Below, one piece after another: positions 26,268 to 36,020 of a stretch of 64,000 nucleotides of DNA. The translations under genes were made by a program, and so were the position numbers. A model generated the notes under the pieces. It was not told the DNA's origin, did not search any database, and worked only from the letters and a program-made list of their open reading frames with translations. The stretch comes from Thermoanaerobaculia bacterium. GTDB lineage: Bacteria > Acidobacteriota > Thermoanaerobaculia > Multivoradales > JAIOJS01. The stretch spans positions 13,334 to 77,333 of the forward strand of contig JAUIDB010000010.1 in assembly GCA_030429235.1 (NCBI GenBank), written 5' to 3'. Every line of letters starts with the position of its first letter. Position 1 is the stretch's first letter.

Positions 26268-27060
26268 GAGAAGGACACTCGATCTCGAGAAGGCTTTGGG
26301 AACCGAGGTGTCGAGGTATCGGGGCTGCCTAGACTAGTGTTCTAGGGGATTCCGGAATGCCGATGTTGATGGTTGTGGTTCTGAATGAAGATCCGTGCCC
26401 ACTGGTGTCGATGGTCGAGATCACGGAGCCTACCGAGCACGCCACGGTGGAGTAATCTGGCTTCTTTGAAGTGACTCTCGGAGAAGGGGTTGCCGTCCGA
26501 GGGGTGTGGACTCGATGTTCGCTCACTGAGCAGGTGCGTGCGTTGTCGGGTCCGCTGGCGTTTCTAGGGTCATGGGACAGCCATTGCAGTTGCTTGAACA
26601 CGCAATCGTTGAGCTGCGTCTCGTCGTGGTCTGGAGGCGGATTCCCTGGGCCTCTTGGGCCTTGACTCTGGCGACCCTTTTCGCGCTCTGGCCCCTCGTG
26701 GCGGCTCACAGCTCGAATCTCGGCGCCCCACCTAGCGATCGGGTTCGTCAGCTCCCAGACTCCACCATGGAAGCCGCGATCCAGGCCGGTTGTGGCTCGG
26801 CGGCCCCGTTGGAGTTCCGTCAGTCCCCGGGGTCGAAACCCGAGGTCACAGGGCCGCTCCTGCTCGCTGAGGGCCCCGAGCCGGTGCCCCGAGGCGTCAT
26901 CCTACTTCCTTGTCGGCGGGTTCCCCTTGACGGCCGCGGTCGGGGCTTCCATCGAGCCCATGGTGGAGGAGGCTCGTACCTGACCGACTCAGAGGTCTTC
27001 TCGTTGACGATGGTTCTTGAGGAACCGTGGTCGATTACTCAGGGCCAGGAGTCAGAGTAG

Positions 27061-27792
27061 GTGCCGAGCGGTTTGCAGCCTCGGAGAGAGGAAGCGCCCG
27101 CCGCAGTTCCCGGAAGAGTCTGGGCTTTGCTCAGTGTCGTCTTGCTGCTCGATGGCTTCCTGGCAGTTCCGATGCTCGAGCAGTGGCGAGCGGGAAGCCT
27201 CCATCACGGGCTGCTTCTCTTTCTCCTGCCGTTTCATCTCTTCGCTCTGGGCTGGGTTCTCGAGCTTGTCTCGCGTTGCACTCTCGGGCGGTCACTCGAG
27301 CCGGAGGGCCTTTCGTTTGGTCGTGACGAGGCCATCGAGTGGGCGGAGTTCCATCGACTCGGTCCGATCAAGTTCGCACTGGGACTGCTGTTCGCGCTCG
27401 CCTTCGTACTGATGTTCTTTGCCTTCAGGGTGTCCAACGAGTCACTCGCGAGAGTCTGGCCGGTCCTTCTGTCTCTAGCCGTTGGGTTGTGGCTGGGGAA
27501 GGCTGTGTTCAACCGGCGCCGTTCCCGCCGGTATCTCTACTCCGCCGTGAAAGACTTGTTGACGCTTCCTGGAGGCGAGCAACTCGTGGCGTCGACTCTG
27601 AACCTACGGATCGAGGAGATCCAGTCTCCTCGCGGTGACAGAGTTCGCTGTCGCCCCGTACTCCTCGTCTGCGAAGATGGCCGCACGCGGCACATCCACC
27701 TTCCGTGGTCCTTTGGGCGGGAGACGAGCGAGCAGTTTGCCGACTGGTGGACCAGTCGCTGTGGTCAAGCGGCTGAGAGAGCTCTGCTCTGA
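27061..27792 (+). CDS. Hypothetical 4-TM membrane protein (GTG start).
   Basis: Four hydrophobic helices. Codon bias is consistent with coding. No family recognised. Confidence 0.35.
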   Translation: MPSGLQPRREEAPAAVPGRVWALLSVVLLLDGFLAVPMLEQWRAGSLHHGLLLFLLPFHLFALGWVLELVSRCTLGRSLEPEGLSFGRDEAIEWAEFHRLGPIKFALGLLFALAFVLMFFAFRVSNESLARVWPVLLSLAVGLWLGKAVFNRRRSRRYLYSAVKDLLTLPGGEQLVASTLNLRIEEIQSPRGDRVRCRPVLLVCEDGRTRHIHLPWSFGRETSEQFADWWTSRCGQAAERALL

Positions 27793-27884
27793 TCCTGCTG
27801 GTTGCTAACGGAACGGAGTGTAGTCAGCGAGATCAGGCAACCTAGTCCACGATACCCGAGCCAACCGCGAACAAACGAGGAAGC

Positions 27885-28031
27885 ATGCGACCGAAGACCT
27901 TGATACTCGCCGCTCTAATGGTGATCGATGTCGGGGTCTTGCCGGTCACGGCTCAGGTCTTCGATCTCGTCATCACCAAGGGTCGAGTCTTGGATCCAGA
28001 GTCCGGGCTCGACGCGATGCGCAACGTGGCC
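27885..28031 (+). pseudogene. Remnant encoding only the N-terminal ~45 aa of an amidohydrolase / D-aminoacylase-like enzyme.
   Basis: MRPKTLILAALMVIDVGVLPVTAQVFDLVITKGRVLDPESGLDAMRNV matches the signal peptide and first beta-strand/metal-binding start of amidohydrolases. The frame then degenerates and overlaps the convergent gene 28220..29596. Confidence 0.3.
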
Positions 28032-28219
28032 CGCGCTCGATCCCGATTTCTCGGGGTGCGACCCCCCATGCCGGCTTCTAGGTCGATGATCGAGACGCCG
28101 CGAGTCAGCGGATCCTGCTCTTCGGGTCGAGCGGTTGGTCCCCGGTCCGAGACCGGAGATCCAAGACACCGCAACCAGTATCAGCAGGCTCGCCCGCAAT
28201 CCACCTTCCGGTCGATGCG

Positions 28220-29596
28220 CTACAGAACCTCCTTGAAGCTGCCATCGCCGCCGTAGCGAAGCTGCTTTCCGCTGTCGAACGTAACGACAGTGTAGGCGGT
28301 GCCGCAGGGGGTTTGCCCAACGGTAATCTGGAGGAGGCTGCTTCTGGATCCAACCCTTCCTTGGGCGTCATCCAACAAGAGAGGCAGGGCTTCCAGTTTG
28401 AACGCCCCGGGGGTCATGCCCTGCTTGCAACTCAGCCACTGGGTATCCACGGCGGTGGGACCTGAGATCTCACCCGCCCTCCAACTCCACTGCTCGACCC
28501 CACCTTCGGCCTCAACCGAGAGGCTTAGGAAAGACGGTGGCATGGCTAGAGCACTTACTATCTCGGGTCCCGGGCCGACCCTCTCGAGCAGGGCGGTCGC
28601 CGCGTCTAGTAGGTCTCTAGCGACCGGAGAGAAGCCCTCGACGGAGTGGGTACCCGAGTGTTGGCTTCTGCTGGCGGATCCCACCACGACCTCGATCAGG
28701 CTCGTCGGGGCTTGCGCGACCACCCTGGGATCTTCGATCATTTTCCCCAACATCGCTTTCGGTAGAGGTTCCGCGATCGGCACATCGTAGTGGATCGTCA
28801 GCTCCGCGAATCGTGGCACGACATCGACTTCGCCCCGGGCCACGACGCCGTAGAAACCGACGCGCTTGAACGACTTGCCCTTCCGCTCGATGTAGGTGGT
28901 CACCGTCGGATCGCGAGCGAGCTGACGCCCCTGAGCATCAAACGCCCGGATGGGACCCATCTCTGAGAAGGGCGCGGCCTCCGGCAAGATCGCGGTCTCC
29001 ACCTCGAGGAAGGCCCCATCGACACGAGCCACTGATTCCTCATCTCCCCGGGTGGATCGAGTCTCCACTACGACTGGGTAGCGAACAGAGATCGTCCCGA
29101 CCACCCTCGCAAACTCGGCCGGCCCCTCGCCCGCCTCATCGAGAAAACGGATCTCGGCGATCTGCGACTCGGAGTCGTGCAGACCTCGCTCCAACTCAAA
29201 GGCGACCTCGTTCTCCGCAGCGTCGAGCAGGCGAGGTTCGAGCATCTCGATCTCTGCGTAGGTGCTGTTGGCTACCGCCGGTAGATGCAGTTGTAGTTCC
29301 GGCGTGTTGAACCCAAGAACGGCGTTGTTGCGGGTCGAAACGACGAGGAACGCTGATCGTAGATCCTCGTCGGTCCACTCGACAAAGCCGGGCTCGACAG
29401 GTGGATCGACAAACTGTGGGTTGTTGTCTTGTAGCGAGTCAAGCGCTCGTCCGGAGCTCACAACCAGGAAGAACAGAGTGAGAACTACCGCTACGTGGCC
29501 TAGGGGGTTGCTCTCGACAAGTTTCCGACGGAGGCTCCGGGGCCTCTGGTCTAGAGTCGTCGGTCCGTCTTCCGCGGGACAAGTTGAGGCGTTCAT
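28220..29596 (-). CDS. Hypothetical N-terminally anchored periplasmic/secreted protein.
   Basis: TM anchor HVAVVLTLFFLVVSS. Amino-acid composition is normal and non-repetitive. No family recognised. Confidence 0.6.
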   Translation of the reverse strand: MNASTCPAEDGPTTLDQRPRSLRRKLVESNPLGHVAVVLTLFFLVVSSGRALDSLQDNNPQFVDPPVEPGFVEWTDEDLRSAFLVVSTRNNAVLGFNTPELQLHLPAVANSTYAEIEMLEPRLLDAAENEVAFELERGLHDSESQIAEIRFLDEAGEGPAEFARVVGTISVRYPVVVETRSTRGDEESVARVDGAFLEVETAILPEAAPFSEMGPIRAFDAQGRQLARDPTVTTYIERKGKSFKRVGFYGVVARGEVDVVPRFAELTIHYDVPIAEPLPKAMLGKMIEDPRVVAQAPTSLIEVVVGSASRSQHSGTHSVEGFSPVARDLLDAATALLERVGPGPEIVSALAMPPSFLSLSVEAEGGVEQWSWRAGEISGPTAVDTQWLSCKQGMTPGAFKLEALPLLLDDAQGRVGSRSSLLQITVGQTPCGTAYTVVTFDSGKQLRYGGDGSFKEVL

Positions 29597-30064
29597 GACT
29601 CTAGAAACGCCGCGGTAGCTTGAAACGCACAGTTGCCTCGACTTCTCGAGCGACCGCCTGAACCGTCGGGTTCCAAGAGTCGTACCCGACGGCAGTGGTT
29701 GAAGTTCCAGGTCAGATGTGACCCGTGTGGGCAGGTCTGTGTCCTGGCGTCGCGGAGGTTGGAGCGTTGAGGTTCGCTGGCGGGTCTTCGGGCACTCGTC
29801 AGCTCAGTTCGTCAGCTCAACCGAGTCCGCGGAGCGCTCGATCGCCGACGAACGTCGTGACGCTGGGTCGCTGAGTTGCGGCCGAGGTGGCAGGGCTCGC
29901 GAAACAGTCGTTTGGCCGTGAGGTGTGCGGTTTCAACCGGATCGTCGTTTCGATGGGTGTACGCGGTCAGATCGACGGTTGGCTGGCGGAGCTCACAGCG
30001 CCGCTCGGTACCCAGATCGGACCTCTCGGAATCGTCGATCTGGTTATTCCTCTAGGAGTTCACA

Positions 30065-32230
30065 GTGAGTACACCACGCCTCGTCTTGCTCGGCAGCCTT
30101 GCCGTCCTCCTCCTCACCACTCCGGCGCTGATGGCTGGGGTCATCACCGTCGACACCGCCCTCGGCACGCGAGTGGACGACATGGGCGATGGCCCCTGCT
30201 CCTTCAAGGAGGCCCTGGCGAATGCCTTCGGGTCGATGCAGCAGTTCGACGATTGCGAGGACCCCGGGATGGCGCCCCACACCATCGTGTTCACGGGGGC
30301 CTTCGTGATCAATATGGACGATACCGGCTCGATCGCGAACGTGGTGAACGAACTGACCATTCAGGGGCCGGTGGTTTTGGACGGAAACAATCAGATGCAC
30401 GGGGGATTCCTCCTCGATGCGGCCAGTTCGGCCATCCTCACCGTCAACCAGGTGACGTTTCAGGACAACGGCGCGAGCGCGATCAACGTGCGGGACAGCG
30501 CCACGCTGACGGTGAACGCGAGCGTCTTCGACAACAACCAGGCCAACAACGGAGGCGCGATCCAGGCCGGAGGTAGCGGTTCGGTGACGGTCAATCTGTC
30601 GAACTTCACCCGCAACGATGCCACCTTCTTCGGCGGGGCGATCTTCAAGGGCAATGGGTGCGAACTGTTCGTCAGCGGCTCCAACTTCGGCGGACCGATG
30701 CTCGGTAACGAGGCCGACCAGGGGGGAGCGATCTACATCGCGGGCGCGGCCACCGGCGAAGGGGTGGTGATCACGGGATCGACGTTCCTCGGGAACTCCT
30801 CCGACGGCACCGATACCAACGACGGGGGTGGGGCGATCTACATCCAGGGCGCGGGGAACGGCTCCTACATCTCGATCTTCGGCGGTGCTTTCGGCTCCTC
30901 GGTGCCGCTGACCGGTAACAGTGCGATGAGCCGCGGTGGAGCGATCTACAACAACGCCACCTCGGGGCTGGTGAACAGCGACCCCACCGACATTCTCGAC
31001 GCGGGGATCATCGGCGTGGAGTTCGTGGGCAACAGCGCCGGTGATCGGGGCGGAGCGATCTACAACCGCGGGTCGATGAATGTCTTCCACGCTACCTTCG
31101 ATGGCAACAGTGCCGTCGGCGGGGGAGCGGTGGCCGACGACCAGCAGATTTCGGGCCGGGAGTTGACGATCTCGAACTCGACCTTCAATGGCAACAGCGC
31201 TTCGGGTGACGGGGGAGGACTCGGCAGCTTCGACTCCGACTCCAACGTGATCCTGCGGAATGTCACCCTCGCTGGGAACAGCGCTTCGACGAGTGGCCGC
31301 GAACTCTTCGCGACCGGCGACATCGACCTTGGCAACGTGCTGATCGCCAACGGGTCGGCCGGCGCCAACTGCGCCGGGGGCGGGACCTTCGTCGACTCGA
31401 TGGGCAACTTGCAGTGGGATCCGACCATGGACACCGGCTGTGGAGCGGCGATCCCCGTGGCTGATCCTCTGCTCGCGGCGCTGACCTTGAATCCGGGGCC
31501 GATCCCGGTCCGCACCATGGCCCTCGGAGCGGGGAGTCCGGCGCTGGGAGCCGGTGTACCGGCGATCTGTTCGGCCCTGCCGGTCTTCATGCTCGACGCT
31601 CGCGGGGTGCCGCGCCCTACCGCCTGTGATAGCGGAGCCTTCGAAGGTGGCGATGCGGCCCGGCTGGTCATCAACGAGATCGACTACGACCAGGGAGGGA
31701 CCGACGATCACGAGTTCATCGAGATCTACAACGGCGGTGCGGCCTCGATCAACCTCGACAACGTCAGTCTGGAGTTGGTGGACGGCAACATGGGGACGGC
31801 GAGTCTGTACGCGCCGTCGCCGATCGACCTGCCCAACGCCGACCTTGGTCCGGGCGAGTACTACGTCGTGTGTGGTCAGACCGGTCTCGGGATTCCGCTG
31901 ATCAACTGCGACCTCGACCTCGCGACCGACGATTTCCTGCAGGACGGCGATCCGGATGCAATCGGACTGCGGCTTTCGGGGCTTCTGATCGACGCCGTGA
32001 GCTACGGTGGCGCCGATACCGGGGCGCCCTACACCGAGACCGCGGGTGCCGGCGACGACCCCGGTGGTACTCCGTTCCTCGGCCTCTCGCGGTTGCCCGA
32101 TGGCGCCGACAGCGATGACAACTCGGCCGACTTTTCGAGCCGTTGTGCCACGCCGAAGGAGGCCAACGTGCCGGACGCGACGTCCTGTTCGATGGTCCCC
32201 GTGGAACTGCTCGGTTTCTCGGTCGAGTAG
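30065..32230 (+). CDS. Secreted right-handed beta-helix protein (PMP/GGAIY-type repeats, CSLREA-like N-terminal motif) with a C-terminal lamin tail domain (LTD), ending in PVELLGFSVE.
   Basis: AGGAG RBS and a GTG start. Signal peptide. GPCSFKEALANA resembles CSLREA. There are 10 or more GGAIY/GGAI repeats. The LTD reads LVINEIDYDQGGTDDHEFIEIYNGG...VSLELVDG. Confidence 0.8.
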   Translation: MSTPRLVLLGSLAVLLLTTPALMAGVITVDTALGTRVDDMGDGPCSFKEALANAFGSMQQFDDCEDPGMAPHTIVFTGAFVINMDDTGSIANVVNELTIQGPVVLDGNNQMHGGFLLDAASSAILTVNQVTFQDNGASAINVRDSATLTVNASVFDNNQANNGGAIQAGGSGSVTVNLSNFTRNDATFFGGAIFKGNGCELFVSGSNFGGPMLGNEADQGGAIYIAGAATGEGVVITGSTFLGNSSDGTDTNDGGGAIYIQGAGNGSYISIFGGAFGSSVPLTGNSAMSRGGAIYNNATSGLVNSDPTDILDAGIIGVEFVGNSAGDRGGAIYNRGSMNVFHATFDGNSAVGGGAVADDQQISGRELTISNSTFNGNSASGDGGGLGSFDSDSNVILRNVTLAGNSASTSGRELFATGDIDLGNVLIANGSAGANCAGGGTFVDSMGNLQWDPTMDTGCGAAIPVADPLLAALTLNPGPIPVRTMALGAGSPALGAGVPAICSALPVFMLDARGVPRPTACDSGAFEGGDAARLVINEIDYDQGGTDDHEFIEIYNGGAASINLDNVSLELVDGNMGTASLYAPSPIDLPNADLGPGEYYVVCGQTGLGIPLINCDLDLATDDFLQDGDPDAIGLRLSGLLIDAVSYGGADTGAPYTETAGAGDDPGGTPFLGLSRLPDGADSDDNSADFSSRCATPKEANVPDATSCSMVPVELLGFSVE

Positions 32231-32322
32231 TCGCAAGATCCTCCGCGCCCGGCACGGAACGCAACCCGCCGTTGTCCGTAGGGTATTCTGAGGGAAACGA
32301 GCCACCCGGTCTCGGAGGATCC

Positions 32323-32829
32323 ATGGGCAATCACCAGCGCAGTCTCTTCGTCGTCCCCTTCCTCGCCTTCGTCCTGCTCCAAGGGCAGAGTCAGGCGGGG
32401 GAGCGCGTGGAGACCTTGCAGGATCTGAAACCGAAACTGGAGGCCCTACTCGAGGGGATCGAGGGCACTTCGGTGTCGCTCCATCCCTGGGGTCTAGCAG
32501 CGGAGTACCGCGTGCAGGAGTTCCAGGTGCACGGCGTCTCGCGAGACGGGGTGGTGGCCGAAGCTCCGCACACGGTGCGAGGACCCAACCAGGGAGGGTT
32601 CCTCCTGCGCGTCCGGGTGCAAGACGGGCCGCGCTACCAGGGTCCCATCGCGCTCTCGAGCGAAGGGTTCGGGGCGCTGCGAGAGCCCTACTGGATGACC
32701 CAGGTGCGGGAGATCCCGCTCCCGGGAGGACAGCACCACGCGTGGGTGGCCCTGGCGCAGGGCGCCAAGGTGGACCAGGAGCTGATGGCCAGGATCCACG
32801 CAGTGGTGCACCGACACCTGACCGAGTAG
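32323..32829 (+). CDS. Hypothetical secreted protein.
   Basis: GGAGGA RBS. Signal peptide SLFVVPFLAFVLLQGQSQA. Confidence 0.5.
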   Translation: MGNHQRSLFVVPFLAFVLLQGQSQAGERVETLQDLKPKLEALLEGIEGTSVSLHPWGLAAEYRVQEFQVHGVSRDGVVAEAPHTVRGPNQGGFLLRVRVQDGPRYQGPIALSSEGFGALREPYWMTQVREIPLPGGQHHAWVALAQGAKVDQELMARIHAVVHRHLTE

Positions 32830-32896
32830 CGATCGCGGCAACGAATCAGCGTGGGGATTCCGAATCGAAGCCTCGCGGTCGACTCGGCCCCAGGCT

Positions 32897-33334
32897 CTAC
32901 TGCTCGACCTGGATCGACTTCAAGAAGGCCACCAGATCGTCGATCTTGGCCGAGATCTCTTCGTCGTCGGCCTCCTCGAAGGCGACCTTGAAGGCGTTGC
33001 CCCAGACCGGCATGTCCGGGCTACCGTGCGCCGGGCGGCGCTCGCGGCCGTCGATGATCTCGTGGATCGTCTGGGTGGGAAACTCGCCGTCGTAGCGAGT
33101 GACGATCCCGGTCAGGTCGGCCGGTTTGGGCTCGAGATACTCGGCCACCGGACCGTCTCCTTCACCCTGCTTCCCGTGGCAACTACCGCAGTAGTTCACG
33201 TAGGTGGCGTGTCCACGGACGGCCGAAGCGGACTCCATCTCGTCGGCGCCGACCGGGCCGCTGGCGACCCAGCTCCCGATCCCTACCACCACGGCCACGA
33301 TCATCAGGATCCAACGCGTCGTGCGAGCTCCCAT
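32897..33334 (-). CDS. Mono-heme c-type cytochrome (class I).
   Basis: Signal peptide WILMIVAVVVGIGSWVASGPVGA. Heme-binding CGSCHG (CXXCH) motif. The start was placed at the internal ATG. Confidence 0.75.
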   Translation of the reverse strand: MGARTTRWILMIVAVVVGIGSWVASGPVGADEMESASAVRGHATYVNYCGSCHGKQGEGDGPVAEYLEPKPADLTGIVTRYDGEFPTQTIHEIIDGRERRPAHGSPDMPVWGNAFKVAFEEADDEEISAKIDDLVAFLKSIQVEQ

Positions 33335-33483
33335 CTCTGATCTCCTCTGGGTTGATTGTGGTGGATCTAGGATACACCCCTCCTGCCTCCCGTGGGATTG
33401 CACGGGCGAGGGTGGAGCTGACTTGGCAGGGTCGCCGTCGCGTTGCTATCGTCGCGGTACACAACCGAGGAGCCGAGAGTGGA

Positions 33484-33719
33484 TGCATAGCAGCCGATTG
33501 GAGTTCTGGGAGCGCTTGACACGCTGCTTCGAGGAGGACGAACTGCAGATCCTCGTGACTGGCACGACCAGCCCGGCGGTCAAGGTCGTCCACCGTCCCA
33601 CGGGGATCGAGACCACCTGCGACCAGCACAACTCGCAGATTTTCAATCGGTCGCAGGCGGCTCTCGACCTCCTGCAGCGGCTCTTCCGGGAGTCGGTGGC
33701 CGAGGACCCGGTCGCGTGA
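33484..33719 (+). CDS. Hypothetical small protein (78 aa).
   Basis: GAGGAG RBS. MHSSRLEFWERLTRCFEEDELQILVTG..., with no family recognised. Confidence 0.3.
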
Positions 33720-33801
33720 ACCCCCGGCTCGAGGTTCACCAACCCAGCCAACAGAAGACCACCTTGGTGCCGGCGAGCATCACTTCCGAGAGGACCTACC
33801 C

Positions 33802-34590
33802 ATGACGGACCCCTTCATCCCCCGCGTCGGCGGCGTGCTGAGCGCCGACATCGCCGTTCCCGACCACGAGCGAGAGGTGCGCTTCTACTCTCGGGTCCTC
33901 ACCACCGGCGAGAACCCGTTGTGGCGCGACGACCTGATGAACAACCGGGGTATGCCAGTCATCGGTCTCGGCGCGTACAGCGAAGAGTACGGTGATCTCC
34001 CCTTGCAGTGGATGCCCCACATCCAGGTCGAGGACGTTGCCGCCTGCGTGGCGCGGGTTCTCGAACGGGGTGGAAGTGAAGTGATGCATGCCAAGGACGA
34101 CGACGGGGCCAGCCAGTGGGCGGTGCTCCTGGACCCGAACGGCGCGGCGTTTGGGGTCATGCCAGTGGTATCGGTCGACGCGATGCCGCCGACAGACCCC
34201 TCCGCCAGTTCCGGTCCCGTGGGGTGTATCTCGTGGCTCGATCTGACGGTTGCCGATGCCTCGACCACGCGGGACTTCTATCAGCACGTCGTGGGTTGGG
34301 AAGTGCAGGACGTGGCGATGCGCGACGGCGAGGAGTCCTATGCCGACTACAACATGCTGGGGGGCGATGGATCCCCGGCCGCGGGGGTCTGCCACGCTCG
34401 GGGTGGCAATCTCGGCCTGCCGTCGGTGTGGTTGCTCTACCTGCCGGTAGGGGATCTCGCCGAGAGTCTACGCCGGGTGGAAGAGGAAGGGGGGAGCGTG
34501 GTCAAGGCGTCTCGAGGCAAGGACGGGGAGTACTCCTGGGCGGTCATCGAGGACCCGGTGGGAGTGCACCTGGCGCTGATGGCGGGATAG
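33802..34590 (+). CDS. Tandem VOC (glyoxalase/bleomycin-resistance/dioxygenase) domain protein.
   Basis: Two ~120-aa halves, each carrying the beta-alpha-beta-beta-beta signature (GCISWLDLTVADASTTRDFYQHVVGWEV ...). Confidence 0.7.
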   Translation: MTDPFIPRVGGVLSADIAVPDHEREVRFYSRVLTTGENPLWRDDLMNNRGMPVIGLGAYSEEYGDLPLQWMPHIQVEDVAACVARVLERGGSEVMHAKDDDGASQWAVLLDPNGAAFGVMPVVSVDAMPPTDPSASSGPVGCISWLDLTVADASTTRDFYQHVVGWEVQDVAMRDGEESYADYNMLGGDGSPAAGVCHARGGNLGLPSVWLLYLPVGDLAESLRRVEEEGGSVVKASRGKDGEYSWAVIEDPVGVHLALMAG

Positions 34591-34625
34591 GCCACCGTCC
34601 GGGTGGCGGTGGGATCGAAGCTGGT

Positions 34626-35303
34626 TCAGCTCGGGGTCGGCGCGGAAGCCGGGGGCCACAGGTTGCGTCCCAGCTTGGTCGACAGCCACTCCAGGCCGCC
34701 GCGCCAGCCCGTGAAGCGAATCCCGGTCTCGACGCGGGCGAGCAGTACGCAGCCTTCGTCGGCTTCGGTGGCGGGTCGGTGGCTCGAACCCGCCTCGTAC
34801 CGCACGAAGTCGCCCGCCTCGACCAGGAGCTGGTCGTCGCGATAGCCGCCGGTGAGGACCAGGGTCTCCTCGGAGCCGAGGTGCTGGTGGGTCGGGAAAC
34901 GCCGGTCGGCACCGGCTCGAGCCGCCACCAGGAAGTACTCGTCCTCGCGGGCCAGAATCGCTACCTCCACCCCCCGAGTCAAAGGCGATCGCCAGCGCGG
35001 CGAACCCTGCCAGGGGAGGCTACCCGTCCGCCACTCGCGAGGTAGAGGCAGCCCGCCATCGGTGGTGCCCGGCGAGTCGTCGAGGCTCCTTGCCAGGCGC
35101 TCCCAGATCGTCGGTGGCGGCGCGGCTTCCCGAACTCCTTCGAGCCAATGCTGTCCGGGGGCTTGCAGCGCGTCCAGTTCCGAGCGGCAGGCGGCGCAGA
35201 GATCGAGATGGCAGTCGATCAGAAAGCGGCGCGGCAGGTCGACCTGGCCGGCGGAGTAGTCGATCAGTAGATCCGCAGAGGGGTGGTGGCGGGGGATCCT
35301 CAT
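34626..35303 (-). CDS. chrR: ChrR-type anti-sigma factor (N-terminal zinc-binding anti-sigma domain plus C-terminal cupin).
   Basis: MRIPRHHPSADLLIDYSAGQ...CHLDLCAACRSELDAL closely parallels the Rhodobacter ChrR N-terminus. It lies directly downstream of an ECF sigma gene. Confidence 0.8.
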   Translation of the reverse strand: MRIPRHHPSADLLIDYSAGQVDLPRRFLIDCHLDLCAACRSELDALQAPGQHWLEGVREAAPPPTIWERLARSLDDSPGTTDGGLPLPREWRTGSLPWQGSPRWRSPLTRGVEVAILAREDEYFLVAARAGADRRFPTHQHLGSEETLVLTGGYRDDQLLVEAGDFVRYEAGSSHRPATEADEGCVLLARVETGIRFTGWRGGLEWLSTKLGRNLWPPASAPTPS

Positions 35304-35304
35304 C

Positions 35305-35844
35305 CTATCGATTCTCCAGGTGTTGTCTCAGTCGGTTCAGGCCGCTCCGAACCCTCGACTTGAGGGTGCCGAGAGGGAGCTCGAGACGGCGCGCCGTCTC
35401 CTCGTAGGTCAGCCCGCCGAAGTAGGCGAGCTCGAGGGCGCTGCGCTGCCCGTCGTCCAGCTGACCGAGAGCCTGTACCACAGCGAGACGGGTCTCGAGA
35501 GAGAGCCGCAAGGGTGGTTGGATCGGCTCCGATTCCAAGGCGCTGGTGGGACGACGTCCCTGGTAGCGCAGGCGATCGAACCACTTGTTGCGGGCGATGG
35601 TGAAGAGCCAGCCGGCGGCGACTCCGCGCCGGGCATCGAAGGTCGTGGCTCGGTCCCAGACGGCGAGAAAGACGTCCTGGAGCAGGTCGTCGACGTCAGT
35701 CTTCGCTGCACCGAGGCTGCTCAGGTAGGCGGCGATGCGACCGCCGTACCGCTCGTAGAAGGTCGCAAAGGCGTGGCGGTCGCCGCTGGCGACGCGTCGC
35801 AGCAGCTCCTGGTCATCGATCGTCGGTGTGGGCAAGGGAATCAC
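35305..35844 (-). CDS. rpoE: ECF (group IV) sigma-70 factor, the RpoE partner of ChrR.
   Basis: Region 2 (ELLRRVASGDRHAFATFYERY) and region 4 (LTYEETARRLELPLGTLKSRVRSGL). GTG start. Confidence 0.85.
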   Translation of the reverse strand: MIPLPTPTIDDQELLRRVASGDRHAFATFYERYGGRIAAYLSSLGAAKTDVDDLLQDVFLAVWDRATTFDARRGVAAGWLFTIARNKWFDRLRYQGRRPTSALESEPIQPPLRLSLETRLAVVQALGQLDDGQRSALELAYFGGLTYEETARRLELPLGTLKSRVRSGLNRLRQHLENR

Positions 35845-36020
35845 AGTATGGCATCTCCGAGGGCCACAAAGTCGCTGCTTTCGGCAGGCTTGTCGATCCG
35901 TCCTACGTCGGCGGGGTGGATTTGGATGAAGTCATCTATCGCGGGCATCGTGGCGTAGACCTCCATGAAGCCACCGATCCACCGCGTGCGCCGCGCACCA
36001 TCTTCAAGGAGTTCCTGCCG

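Noticed and set aside
26329-26709. 126-aa minus-strand ORF convergent with the Cys-rich protein gene
   Set aside because: Low-complexity Pro/Arg/Ser-rich N-terminus, with no RBS or family. It may instead mark a non-coding, lower-GC spacer.
30044-32305. 753-aa minus-strand ORF antisense to the beta-helix/LTD gene
   Set aside because: Arg/Gly/Pro/Val-rich low-complexity translation typical of an antisense frame in high-GC DNA. The sense strand has clear domains.
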